Shown here: positions 13,408 through 27,788 of the stretch, piece after piece | How positions within the stretch are numbered: position 1 is the stretch's first letter | Layout: each line of letters starts with the position of its first letter | Assembly: GCA_963693365.1 (NCBI GenBank) | Contig: CAVNZM010000007.1 | Coordinates: 3,271,979 to 3,335,978 of the forward strand | Source: Amoebidium appalachense | Taxonomy: Eukaryota; Protista; Ichthyosporea | Reading direction: 5' to 3' | Length of the DNA: 64,000 nt | Notes under the pieces: model-generated | Databases searched by the model: none | What the model was told of the DNA's origin: nothing | The model's input: only the letters and a program-made list of their open reading frames with translations | Position numbers and translations under genes: made by a program

Positions 13408-13793
13408 ATCCCAGGTAGGAACCGGGAAGAGATGCACGACCCGGAGTGGTCTCCCAGGAGATATGTGGGCCAGGAGGTCCCGCCGACGCCCGCCCACCTC
13501 GGCTCAACGACGAGGACGGACAGCTGCAAAACAGACCCAGCCCGTCTCCCAAGGCGGGAACTGGTGGTGAGAAAGTCAGCACTGCTAAAGGAAAGGGTGT
13601 TGGTGAAACGAAGGCTGGTAGTTGCATGCGGGACTGGAGAAAACACTGAAATTCCCCGATCACGTCCCCCCCCTCCGTCGGAAAAAACCTACGGACTCCC
13701 CCGTGTGTACTTTGCATTAACATGCACACATGCACACACACGGTGCATCCCCCCTCCCCTCCCTCTCAACGAGCACAACACACACACATACAT

Positions 13794-13828
<35 letters not shown>

Positions 13829-14859
13829 CACACAGCACACATGCACGGACACGAATCCCCCCTTTCCCTTCCCTCTCCACCGAGCACATGCACACATGCA
13901 CAGACATGCACACACACACACACACACACCACCACGAGCACCAGACAGCACACACACACCCCCTCCACAGAGCACACACACACACACGTGCACCAGCCAC
14001 ACCGGGCATCCCCCCCCCCCTCCCCACGAGCCCACACACACAGACAGCACACACACACACAACACAGACACCACACACAGACACAGACAGCCAGCACCAG
14101 CCCACCGCCCCCCGTAGAAGACACCAGAAAAGCCCAGCAGCCAGGCCCCCCCAGAAAAAAAAGCTACTCCCCCCCCCATTGGTTGGGGAGTGCACCAAAC
14201 ATCAGGGTCCCGGCAAAAACACCCCCCGGGGGGGGGGGGGGAGGGGGTGCACTAACGTCTAGGCAGCCTGCCTGAGTATAGCATCAAGTTGTTATATGGG
14301 TTTTTGGTCACCCGTCACATCAATTTATTGTGTTGGCGCCCTGTGACACCACCTCGGAAGACTGGGGTCACAAGGGTAATTCATCAAACTGTACGAAAAG
14401 AATGTGATATCATCACTGTCTGTTTGCCTATCCCCCCCCCCCCCCCCCCCCCCCCCCACCACCACCACTGGGCCCTCCCCCGGGCTCTCCACACCCACAC
14501 ACACGCACCCCCACCCTCTCAAGCTACAGGATGCCATCACCACACACGAAACTAGTATGAATTACAAACGTGCCCCACATCACATCGCACGCACCGGTAT
14601 ACGAATTACTCCATCAACCAACAGTTCATACGAGTCACGACCTGCCCAGTGTACATACACGTCTTGTTCCATCTTCCCCCACAGACCTCCCCGGGAGGCC
14701 TCAGTAAACAGCATACGTTTACTTAAGCTCCGACAGAAGGTCAATATTCCACCATATCGCCCCCACCGACCACAATCACATATACACAGGAATCGCCTGA
14801 AAAATATTGCTAACCGTGCATTTTTGTCCTTAAGCCACGTTTTTGCTCCACCTTCCCCC

Positions 14860-14960
14860 TCCCACAGGTCCGTCCCTCCCGGGTCGCGTGGTTGCAGGTC
14901 CTCTCCCGCAGGTCGGTGTCGCAGGTCCCTCCCGCAGGTCGCCTGTCGAGTTCCCAGGTT
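14860..14960 (+). repeat. Cluster of (C)GCAGGTC motifs, possibly subterminal repeats of a DNA transposon
   Basis: Five CAGGTC cores within ~80 bp, followed by a T-run. Confidence 0.35.
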
Positions 14961-14979
14961 TTTTTTTGTATTTTGTTTG

Positions 14980-15013
<34 letters not shown>

Positions 15014-15836
15014 TGGGTGCGTGTGTCTGCTGGCTGCAGATGCACGTTTTCACGTTATGAACCAGCGACTTGGGATTGCTTTAGCACTAGCTATCATCCC
15101 CCCACCAATCGTTCAAGCTTTTCTGCTTCTCTAGACTTAAGTTCTGTCGGCCGTCCTTACTATTTGATGTTTATTTTTGCCACTCTCAGTCAGCCCCCAG
15201 TCCCCCCCCCCCCCCCTCGAGTAGGATGAGATTAGCTGAGTTCACAGTGCCAAGTTGCAAAGTCACAGCTGCTATAAGGCACTAGAGTGGTACCGCTTGT
15301 CCTATGGCTGCTTTTTAGTAGGTAAAGACAAGTGGGTACGCTCTTGTCTAGAAAAGAGAGAAGACCGTGGTCTGGGGCTTTCTATGGCTTCCGCAGTAGT
15401 TGGGAGGATAGACTAAATAAATATTATAACTACATTTTAAGGATACATTTAGGTTAAGGTTTTATTTGTGGAAATTATTGACATAAATATTTTTCTGGGT
15501 AAACACGTAGGATGGGTGTTCGATACCAACATAACCATGTAGGCTTCATTTCGTGTTTTAGCAGTTAGCGGTTGGCTGCCCGCACACGGGCACCTATTAG
15601 CCAGTCAAAACATCAGATACCACAGATCACTAGACCGAGTTATGATTGGCTCGGATCAGATTTCACATATCACTAGATCGATTTTTGATTGGCTCAGATC
15701 GGTAGGCTTAGGTATATAAGCACGACAGTTTTTAGCAGATCAGCAAGCTACAAACACATCTTCTGTGTTTAGCATCCACAGCCTTACAGCTATATATTCC
15801 TTTTCATTCTCCCTATCTTTCCCTACGCCGGTCAGC

Positions 15837-17010
15837 ATGCCGCCGAAAAAGCGCCAGGCCTCAGCAGCCGCCCCTGCCGCGGCACCTAAGCGCCTGACCC
15901 GCAGCGACCTCCGCCACAGGCTGACCAACGCTCCCGCGGACACTGACGCGCCTCCAGCGGCCCATACCACCACGGACCCGGACCCGCCGGCTACTCTCCC
16001 CTCCACTCCTGAAGTCCCCCCTCAGGCCCCGCCGTCCCCGCAGATGACTTCTCAAGACGCCGTCCTGGCCGCCCTCACCGCCATCAGCACCCAGATGGCT
16101 GGCGTCCTGGCTGCTCTCACCAACCGCGACCCTCCCGCGCCCCCCGCCGCGCCCTCCACACCCGGGGAGGTTTCCCCGGGGCTGCATCTCGGCCCTGACC
16201 TAGACCTACCTGCCCTGCCCGCGCCCCCCATCACAGGTGAGAACACTGGCGACATTCAGCCGGGCACACTCCCGCTTCCCCCCGCGGATGTGCTGGCAGA
16301 TTTGCGCGCCAATCGTTTCGTCGACCTGTATAAGTTCACCCCCGCCGCCCTCCTGGCCCCATCCAAGAAAGGTCAGCATCTGCGCATGGCCGACGACGGC
16401 AGCATCGAGACTTTTCGCCAAGACAAACCCGTTCCCCTGCGTTCACTCGTCATTTGGATCCAAGCTTGGACCCATTACATGGCCGCCAAGCACCACCTCG
16501 GCCTCCCCACGGACAAAGACGTACTTTGGACTCAGCACATCACTCGCCTCAGCACCCGATACCCGTGGGCCCAGATCCACAACTATGACGTATACGCCCG
16601 CACCGTTGCCCACCAGCAGGGTCGGGCTCCGATCGAGTGTCCCAACCTGCTCGCCCAACTCCACCAGGATCTCCTCCTGCCACCCACTCTGCTCATCCCG
16701 GACGCATGTCAGCGCAGGCTGTGGCTTCCCCGACCACCCCAGCGCGGCCTGCCCCATGTACCCCAAGCCCGGCTGTGGTCTTGACGGCTTTAAGCCGCCC
16801 CACAAGCCCGGCGGGGGTCAAACCCCTAACCGCCCTGGCCCGCAACCCGGCCCGGCAAAACCGGCCCGACCCGTGGATCTACCCGCGACGCACTGCAGGA
16901 ATTTCCACATTAACGGTCGGTCCTGCGCTAAGCAGCCCTGCCCCTTCTCCCACGTGTGCCCGCTCTGCTCTGGCACACACCCCCGCAAAGACTGCAAGCA
17001 CAATGCCTAG
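15837..17010 (+). CDS. Ngaro Gag-like ORF1 with C-terminal Cys/His zinc finger (one frameshift near 16700)
   Basis: Starts MPPKKRQ; WIQAWTHYM..YPWAQIHNYD helical region; ends CRNFHINGRSCAKQPCPFSHVCPLCSGTHPRKDC. Confidence 0.8.
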
Positions 17011-17405
17011 TCTACGCGCACACCCACACACACAGCTCTAGAACATAGGGGTTAGGAGCTAGGACACACGAGTACAGGGAAACGGAGCTCGGGAGAACGG
17101 GCCAATAGGGCTGAGTACAAAATTTCGCAGGCCAACTACGGCGCCCGCGCGCGTCAAGAATAAATGTCCCTACACAAAGACGTTTATTCTGGCCACTGCA
17201 CATAATTTTACTCCCCCCCCCATCCCACGAGCCCCCCCCCCCCCTTACACTCACCTAGCACTCCCTCCCCCCCCCCCTTCTTCTACCTCTGTGTCCGCCC
17301 ACACCCCCGCGTGCTCGGGCACATTCCCCTGCACAGGGCCCCGCTGCCCTCCCTGCCAACCCTCACTTGGGCCCAGCTGCCCTACTCTAACCCCCCGGGG
17401 CCCTG

Positions 17406-17440
<35 letters not shown>

Positions 17441-17519
17441 CTGCCGGGATCTCCCCAAGGGTACACCACCCTTGCTAACCACCCCTTCCCCCGAGGCTCA
17501 GACCCGGAGGCCCCGGGCC

Positions 17520-19120
17520 GCCCGCTGCCCCAGCACCACATTGACACCTCCCGCCTCCGGGAACTGCTGGCCTCCTACCCGGACCAACCATTCGCCGCAC
17601 AACTCCTCCACGATGTCGAATTCGGCGTCGACATCGGCTATCGCGGCCCCTCCACCTCTCGGGTGGGCCCCAACCTACCCACCACCCCGGAGGCAGCTGC
17701 CGCTTGGAGATATGCCAAAGAAGCCCCCCCCCCCCCCCCCGCGCCCCCCCCCTCCCCCGGCCCAATTCTTTGACGAATTTCCGGTCCACCGTTCCTCCCC
17801 CATCGGCGCCGTTACCAAGAAAGGGAACCCCCCCAAGTACCGTCGAATCCACCACCTCTCCTGGCCCCGGGGTAGCAGTGTCAATGACAGCATCACCTAC
17901 CCCGACGAACTTCAGTACATTCGCGCCCGGGATGTCACCCAACTCATTCTCGACGCAGGCCCCGGCTGCTACATGGCCGTGGCAGATGTGCAGGCTGCCT
18001 TCCGGCACATGCCCATCCGCCCGGAAGACCACCACTTAATGGCATTCAAATGGCAAGGGCATTTTTACGTTGAAACCAGACTGCCCTTCGGCCTGATATC
18101 TAGCCCAGCCATCTGGGAACGGATCGCGGCCACCCTACAGTGGCTGGCACACCAGCACGGTATTACCCTCATCCGCCACTACGTAGACGACTGGATTATA
18201 GTCGCCCCCACACAAGAGCAGTGCCAACGTCACCTATCCACCTTCCTGCAACTCTGCCGAGAGCTGCACATTGCCATCTCCGAAGACAAGATGCAGGGCC
18301 CGGCTACCCGTGTCGTCTTCATCGGTATCGAATTCGACTCCATCACCATGGAGGCACGAATCCCGGCTTCCAAGCTCTCGGACCTACTCGACCTCACTTC
18401 CCACCCAAAGTCCACCATCACCATTCGGGACCTCCATCCCTCGGCAAACTCACCTGGTGTGCCCAGCTGGTTCCCCCCGGGAGGGCGTTCTCCCAGCGCC
18501 TATGGGCCCTTCTCCGGACCCACCCACACCTTGCCGGCCACCACCACATACGACTGACTGCTGCCGCCCGGGCCGACATAGCCGAATGGCACCAGTTCCT
18601 CACATCATGGAATGGGGTGCACCTCATCACACCCCCCACATACACTACCCTGGCCACTGATGCTGCCGGATCGGTGGGTCTAGGAGGCCACTGGCTCGAC
18701 CAATGGTTCTTCATGCCCTGGTCCCCCTCCACCCAAGCCCTCTATGCTCATGAGGGTAAACTCGGTTCTTCCGTCATCGAACTCCTGGCCATCGCAGCCG
18801 CCGTGGCCCTCTGGGCCCCCTCCTGGTCCACCCACCATGTCCGTATTTTATGCGACAACACGGGTGCTGTGTCTGACCTGCACTCCCGGTCTTCCCCCCA
18901 CCCCGTGATGGCCAAACTTATTCGGTTCATCACCCGCATGGAAATGCAATACCAATTTACGTTACAGGCATCCTACCTACCAGGACCCCTCAACCATCTG
19001 GCCGATGCCATTTCTCGTAACCAACTTCCCCGGGCCCGACGACTCCGACCTTCCCTGCAACCGGAGCCCTGCCCCTTCCCCTCCTGGGTCCACGAGTTCC
19101 TATCCCTTCCCTTGGGCTAA
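17520..19120 (+). CDS. Ngaro reverse transcriptase + RNase H (frameshifted)
   Basis: SPIGAVTKK..KYRRIHHLSWPRGSSVND, DVQAAFRHMPI, LPFGLISSPAIW, HYVDDW; RH TDAAGSVGLGG, IELLAI, CDNTGAV, PGPLNHLADAISR. Shifts at ~17730-17760 and ~18435. Confidence 0.92.
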
Positions 19121-19139
19121 CCCCCCCCCCCCCCCCCCC

Positions 19140-20204
19140 CCAGATCTCCCGTTCCGGAGCAACACTGGCAGATTGGCCCCCCACTTTGCTCCGGCCGAGC
19201 TGCTTCGAGCCACCACTACCCTTCAGGAATGCCAGGCCCTGAGTCTCAACCTCGACTCTCGGGCCTTTTACTCCCGGGTGCAAAAAGTGTTCATCGATTT
19301 CTGTGTGGCATCTCGGCTGCAATCCTCCTCCGGGTCCTCCCTCCCGGCCTCCCCACACACCGTGCAACTTTTTCTCGCCTGGTGTGCCCAACGAGGGGTA
19401 CAGGCCTCTTCCTTAACCGGCTACAATTCGGCCATCACCAGGCTCCACCTCGACATGGGCCTCCCTGCTCCCTACCCCCACGACAAGTCTCTGGCCTGGT
19501 TCCTACGGGGGGTGGGCCGATGGCAGCTTTCTCACAACATCCGACCCCGCTCATCCACCAGGGAACCCCTCCTCCCCTCCCACCTCCGCCTACTCCATGG
19601 CCAGTGCCCCACCAAGGCCTCCTCGGCCAATCTCCGGCTATGGACGGCCCACATCGTCGGTTTCTGTGGTCTCCTCCGTTCAGGGGAATTTACCTCCAAG
19701 ACCCTGACTTCTTTCGACCCGTCCCGTCACGTTAAACGGAAGGACGTGACCTTCAGCTACACCCCCACCGGTACTTTGTCCCATGCCACCCTCCACCTGC
19801 CAACCTCTAAGACGGATGTACAGGCCCGAGGTGTCAACGTCACCCTAGCTGCCCTGCCCCTCACCCACTTCTCCCCAGCCCATCTCCTCCGGCAGTTCCT
19901 GGATACAACGTCCGGTCAACCCGACGACCCCCTCTTCAGTCTCGGTGGCATCCCCTACACCAAGAGTGCTTTCTCTGCCGATTTCCGTGCCCTCCTCTCC
20001 CGGGCAGGCCTCTCACCCTCCCGGTTTGCCGGACACAGCCTCCGCATCGGGGGGGCCACAGCACTGGCTGAGGCCGGGGTCGACGACTCCCGGATCAAAC
20101 AACTCGGCAGGTGGTCCTCCGACTGCTTCCTGATCTATACCCGACTTCGTCCGGCCTCCATTGCTGCCACCACCACACGTGTATTCGCCTCTATTCTTAA
20201 GTGA
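19140..20204 (+). CDS. Tyrosine recombinase of Ngaro element
   Basis: Catalytic set intact: LLRSGEF (R), SKTD (K), GHSLRIGGAT (HxxR), LGRWSSDCFLIY (W, Y). The start position is uncertain. Confidence 0.95.
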   Translation, partial: PDLPFRSNTGRLAPHFAPAELLRATTTLQECQALSLNLDSRAFYSRVQKVFIDFCVASRLQSSSGSSLPASPHTVQLFLAWCAQRGVQASSLTGYNSAITRLHLDMGLPAPYPHDKSLAWFLRGVGRWQLSHNIRPRSSTREPLLPSHLRLLHGQCPTKASSANLRLWTAHIVGFCGLLRSGEFTSKTLTSFDPSRHVKRKDVTFSYTPTGTLSHATLHLPTSKTDVQARGVNVTLAALPLTHFSPAHLLRQFLDTTSGQPDDPLFSLGGIPYTKSAFSADFRALLSRAGLSPSRFAGHSLRIGGATALAEAGVDDSRIKQLGRWSSDCFLIYTRLRPASIAATTTRVFASILK

Positions 20205-21380
20205 AACCTTTGGAGCAAGCATACTGCTCTCGTGCCGTGGTTTACAACCATTGCAGGTTCACTTTCGTCCAAGGGGATGTCCCCCTAGAGGCAACACACG
20301 TCCCGGAGTAGTTTTCATAGAGGTTTTATTTGTGGAAATTATTGACATAAATATTTTTCTGGGTAAACACGTAGGATGGGTGTTCGATACCAACATAACC
20401 ATGTAGGCTTCATTTCGTGTTTTAGCAGTTAGCGGTTGGCTGCCCGCACACGGGCACCTATTAGCCAGTCAAAACATCAGATACCACAGATCACTAGACC
20501 GAGTTATGATTGGCTCGGATCAGATTTCACATATCACTAGATCGATTTTTGATTGGCTCAGATCGGTAGGCTTAGGTATATAAGCACGACAGTTTTTAGC
20601 AGATCAGCAAGCTACAAACACATCTTCTGTGTTTAGCATCCACAGCCTTACAGCTATATATTCCTTTTCACCCACCCACCTACACCCACACACAACCCCC
20701 ATTGATCCACACATACGTGCTGTTTTTTCACGGGGCGAAGACTTCCCCCGTTTTTTGGGCACATGGACCTCACGGATCAATAAATTGATGACTGGGGGCT
20801 TGCCGTGGTTTACAACCATTGCAGGTTCACTTTCGTCCAAGGGGATGTCCCCCTAGAGGCAACACACGTCCCGGAGTAGTTTTCATAGACCACAACATAT
20901 CTGTAATATATCTCTGCAAATTCTTCAAGAGGTGTTAAGTATGCCACATATATTCATTAAAGATGGATATTGGTGATCGAAAAGCGCTCTTGTAGACGGC
21001 TGACCGATAGCTTACAGATATGCTGGGGATATCTGTTTAGTAAAAGTTCATAAATATTGTCTTTTTATAGATTCGTTTAAGACTGTCACATAACAAAGAC
21101 GGCTCTAAGATATGCTTTAGGGAGGAAACAGATGGAACACGGGATAGGGTTTCGCCGGGTTACAGATATGCTAAAGGTACAATAAGGACGTACTTACAGA
21201 GATGTCTTTAATAGCGCCTGCTAAAGCCGGACGGCCCCCGTTAGGGATAGCTTGGAGTCATCTCTAACTAATAACGGTTATAAAGGGTATTGTTCAGGAT
21301 GGGTTACGGGTTTAGGATGTCCCAGAGTGGTTTGAGACGGGAAAAAGATGCCGGGAGATGTTTGCTGATGTATATATATG

Positions 21381-22898
<1,518 letters not shown>

Positions 22899-22960
22899 CA
22901 CACGTGCACACACGCCTGTGCGCGCGGACACACATAACATAGATATCTGCACACGGGCAT

Positions 22961-22995
<35 letters not shown>

Positions 22996-23429
22996 GGGGG
23001 GTTATATGTGTGTGTGTCTGGGGGTGTGTGCTCCCTCGGTAGCAGTAGCTTCTAGTGGATTCGGTCCAGTGGGCCGAGTCGGGTTTGTGCATTTTGGGAC
23101 GATTCGATCCGGTATTGTGTAGTGTGGGTCGAGCCAATAAAGCGATGAAAGCAAGTATAAGTTATAAATACGTGCAGGGGGGCCAAATCGATTCATACTA
23201 GCAAGCCGGCACAAGCTTTCCTTTTGAGACAGGCCCTGGGGCTCACCTAGTCTAGCGGGAGTGGTGTTTGGTAACAAGAGAGCATCGGGATATTCCTTCC
23301 TACCACCACCAGCATAATCACCGAGATCTATTAAATCATCAACAATAAAGTTAGTGCATGTATCTACTACGAGATGTGAATCTGGTCTGGCTTGTGCAGA
23401 TTCTAATAGGCACATATATATAGGGTGTT

Positions 23430-23935
23430 TCATTGCATAGCATACACATAGATCAACTCTACCCCACTGTGACTTGAGCTGGGATAGACGGAGGCGAAAG
23501 GTGGGAGGAGGAGGGGGGAGCAGATCAAGGGAGATCTTAGGTAGGAAAAGGATAGGAGAGTGGTCAGATGACCTAGAGAGGTTAGGGGGGAGAGAGAGTT
23601 TTGACATGGTTGATGGCCAAAAGGCCACTCCCCAGTCGGTGTTGTGGGCATGGGATATTTGAGGGAGCCGCAAAGTGTGACTTTGGACATACCTTGCTAA
23701 AGGGATAGCGCGCTCCGGGGGCTTAGATGGGTACCCGACACTCACTTGCAGTGTGTCTGTGTGGTGGAGTCGCGTGTTAAAACCACCTAAAATAACAGTG
23801 GACATTGGTAACTGTGACAACTCGTGAGTCAATTCGGCAACCGACATAGATGGTGGGTAATATACAAAAGTAAAAACATTAGAAACTCTATAGAAACCGA
23901 GAATTCCGTTTTTACACGTATTACAGGAGCCCTCG
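23430..23935 (-). pseudogene. Non-LTR retrotransposon APE-type endonuclease relic
   Basis: VYYPPS..VILGGFNTR (GDFN-like)..TDWG..SDHSPI motifs; duplicated at ~59274-59780. Confidence 0.7.
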
Positions 23936-24389
23936 AGTTGTCATAGATATCTAAGGGAAACCTGCCAGTGGCACGATGGCTTTGCGCGTGCACGTGTCGG
24001 CTCAGCAGGTGCCCCAGGAGATTTCGTTCACCAAGAAGGAGCTTGATGAGTTTATGAGCGGGAAGAAAAAGGAGTCCAGCTGGAGTGTCTGCTCATTTCT
24101 GAAGGACTACCGTGAGAAGAACAAGACCTTCCCGACAACGTTGGTTTTCCTGATGCATGCCCTCAGGGTGGAAGAGCCTATGTGGTCAGCATGTCGAGAA
24201 GGTATGACGGTATGGCGTTTAGCTGATAGAAGTTGCATGCGTGTACTCTTTTTTATAGAGCATTGGGTTAACTTGAAAAAAAAGAGGGGAGGGTTGGTTG
24301 GCTAGTACTATTGGAAACGTGCATGATCATTTGTACGCTGGCAGTCAGACGCCCAGACCGCGTTGGGCGCGGTGCGCAAAAAGGGACAG

Positions 24390-24979
24390 CAGCAGCAGCC
24401 CCGCCATGCAGCGAGTGCTATGGCAACTGCTGCAGTTGACATATAATATGTGTTTGGAAAAGGGGCTCCCCTGGCCCCAAGAGCTGTCGTATTACATTCC
24501 GGGCGAAGTGAACGACCGTGCGGATTGGTTGTCGCGGATTGATCCCCGCCATGATTGGTCGGTTACCCCTGCGGGGTTCGAGCGTATCGAGCAGACACTC
24601 GGATTGCACACGGCGGTGGATCGGTTTGCTACACCCGTGACAGCAGTCAAACCCACGTTTCACACATGGACCGCGGTGGTCCCCGTGAACGGTGGGCAGG
24701 ATGGGCTTGCCGCCGCATGGCAGCCCCAGCTGGTGGGCGCCACCGTTTCCGTTGATCAAGCGGACAGTGGCGAAGATTCAGCGGGAATGTGCGCAGGGAA
24801 TATTAGTGGTCCCGGTGTGGGACACCGCCTTCAAGTTATGGTGGCCGGTGGTGCAAGGGATGGCACAGGCCCACACGGACCTAGCCCCCGAAGAAGTGGT
24901 GTTTCCGGTTGGTGTCCGGTCTTGGCGAATGCCAGTGCGTGCCTTCCTATTGGACGGCAGCACCCGCCCCCCTTCATGA
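24390..24979 (+). pseudogene. DIRS1-type RNase H C-terminus + Dam-like methyltransferase domain relic
   Basis: YIPGEVNDRADWLSR (RH end), VDRFAT, DGLAAAW, then after a frameshift WAPPFPLI..ILVVPVW..WWP; duplicated at ~60240-60823. Confidence 0.8.
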
Positions 24980-25336
24980 TTGGATGAAAATCACTCGCCG
25001 CGCCGCTCCTGCCATCCAGCTTTGTGTATTATTTCTGTAAAATAAGAATGTGGTCGCAGATAGCAACAACATATCTAAATACCTCGCTTGATTCATCAAG
25101 CTCTATTTAGAGATGTATTTAGGCCAACTGATTGGTTGGAATAGTGTTCCAACAATCAGTGGCCACTAGGGAGCCGACTATGGTATATAGGCGGCGACTC
25201 GTTCTACTCGTCTTAGCTTTGTTTCCCCGTCGGCCCCTACTTAGCCCCACCCACCCGCCCGAGCTGTGTTGCATTTCCCCGTCTTTAGCTAGTCTCGTGC
25301 TGATTGGCTACGGCACACACACACACACCCACACAT

Positions 25337-25419
<83 letters not shown>

Positions 25420-26117
25420 CACGCACAAACACACACACACACACACACACACACGTACACAAACACACGCCCACGCATTGAGGGTAGTGGAGGGGGAGGA
25501 TAGGGTAGAGGGGTTTTCTTCGTGCGGTGTGTTTATTTGGATTTTGTTCGTAGAGAGGCAGTGCATGCCATGGTATGTGTACGTTTCTGATGATCGTGCC
25601 CAGGGGGCACTTGGCTGAGCCGAGCCAATAAGCAAATCGAAAGCAACAACATATCTAAATAGGCACACCTTCCAGAATCTCGGGTGCTTTATCGGATATA
25701 TCACATATCCCGAGGCCCCCTGATTATCCCGACGATAGACGGGATATTTTTACCTATTAAAAAAAAAATATACAAAAAAAAATACCTACCCTTCAGTACC
25801 ATAGCACACCGGCCAGCCCGCAGATGGTGAGGCAATACTTGTCAATACTGGTCCATCGGCGAAAACAAAAGTGGCTAATTAGACTTAACAACAGAGAAAA
25901 ATATTATACTTTTTAATTTTTACACGTGTAAACCAGTTTCACTTGTGTACTAAGAAGAAGCGATATTGAAACACACTGCATGCGTGCAGGCCCGCACGGC
26001 AGTTCTATGGATTTCCCGCCGACTTTACTGCATTCCTTTTATAAATTAGCCGAAATATGCGTTTTCACATTCCTTTTGGTCTCCCCAGACTTAAACACAA
26101 CAGTGCTGGGTGCATGC

Positions 26118-26127
26118 CTATATAAGT
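26118..26127 (+). promoter_or_regulatory. TATA box candidate for the lectin gene
   Basis: CTATATAAG lies ~175 bp upstream of the signal-peptide ATG and is conserved in the duplicate near 62982. Confidence 0.45.
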
Positions 26128-26294
26128 CGCCACCGTCCACTGATGGCTCACACTGCGCCGATAAACGTTGGGGCAAGTTGTGTATACTTACCTCACGTAT
26201 CTACCTATCACCTTGTAACTACGCACGTACACACTGTCTCTCACCCTTTCCCACGAATCCAGTGTTTTTCGAGCACAAAAAAATAGTCTCGAAA

Positions 26295-27749
26295 ATGAGG
26301 CGTCGATCCTACCAGCAGCCCCTGATAGGGGCAGCGGCCTTGTGCGGGTTGGCTTCGGTTGGCTTGAACGGAGTCGGCGCTCATATTCCGGTGAGCGTCG
26401 GCGCTCAGACATTCACCGGAACATGTCGTGGTCACTACACCATGAATCCGGTTCTAAACCGCTGCCAGTGGGCGTGTGACGACATCTGGCGTTCAAAGGG
26501 TATGTGTGATGGTCGCCTCGACTACCAGGCAACACCGACATGTGCCCAGCGCACAGCAAAGCCCGTTGACATGGCAAACTGCAACCAAAATGACCCTCGG
26601 TACTATAACGACGCTGGGACTTGCCTTGAGATGTGCCTGCCTGGGTTTACGTTCACGCCGCCCAATAAATGTTTGTACACGTGCCCTCCCGCTTGGGAGA
26701 CACGCGGGCAGTGCAATCTTGCGCGCGAGATGGACTACCTGACGATTCCTCGGTCCCCCCAGGTACCCTCCCTGCTCCCCCCCCCCCACCTCTCTATCAC
26801 TATCCTTCAATCCAATTTGTATTGGTTAAGGTTGAAACGGCGAAGAGGGTACCAAATCTCCATGAAAGATGACTGAGAACTTAGTTGCTACGCTGCCTCA
26901 GATTTCGCATAGTGTGTGTATTGTTGGCGAACTTTTCTAACTGCGAGGCACAATTCAGTATTGGACATCTTGGAGCTTTCAGAATTTATGACCGCTCGGT
27001 CTATCTCCTAAAATGAATTTCAACGAGGGGCTATTTTTCTGGCCGCGCCCTTGCTGTCAAACACTCCCCTTCTAGATCTGTAAGCCTGAGTAACCCACAA
27101 TCTGTTACTTTTTGTCTTATTTTTAGCCTATTGAGCGACACCGTTAATTTTTTCATATATTTTTTTGTGTATGTTCTGACACACCCTATGTACAGGTCCA
27201 ACCCGCACTTCCAGCACTGTGCCAGGCAGACAGTGCTCACTATGGGTTCATTGGCAACCAGTGTTACTTCGTGTGCCCCGGCCACTACACATACAGCCCC
27301 CAGCGTCAGCGTTGCATTTGGGACTGCGACGGGCACTGGGCGGTACACCAGATGTGCGGAGGCCAGCTCGACTTGGCCGTGATTGTGGGCTCCCAGACTT
27401 TGGTTCCCTCGGGTGAGTATTTTCAGAAGTTTGCGCGACTTCAATGTAGGGCGTGATGGTAGGCTCCCACACTAGCTTTGGTTCCCTCGGGTGAGTATTT
27501 ACAGAAGATTTTTGTGTGACTTTAAACGGTTAAACACATGGGGTAACTGTCGGGTAGTTTAATTGGCGTGCACGTTTTACTGTAGGAACAAAGTCACATG
27601 ATGTTAGTGGTCTTGTTGTAACCATCATTATTTCTTTTCGACTCAACTTTTCGTCTAGGTATTGGCCCTTTCCTATGTAATACCGTACCCCGAGTATACC
27701 ATCGTGTAGCTTAGTACAACCACTACTGTGTCCTCCCCCCCCCCCCCCC

Positions 27750-27788
<39 letters not shown>

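Larger units (their letters stand above)
15457..20888 (+). mobile_element. Complete Ngaro-type tyrosine-recombinase (DIRS order) retrotransposon with split direct repeats A1-ORFs-B1-A2-B2
   Basis: A1 15457-15806 = A2 20321-20670 (350 bp) and B1 20233-20320 = B2 20801-20888 (88 bp). Carries gag, RT/RH and YR ORFs. An empty site is visible at 56794/56795. Confidence 0.95.

Noticed and set aside
12946-14275. Long Pro/His-Thr/Cys-Val/Gly-rich ORFs (also at 22663-23137, 29951-30547, 58555-58987, 62050-62726)
   Set aside because: They are translations of poly-C/G and (CA)n tracts that lack stops.
25980-26294. N-terminal 105 codons of the 298-aa ORF
   Set aside because: The TATA candidate lies inside it and the signal peptide starts at 26295. 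The ORF tail beyond 26762 is intron.
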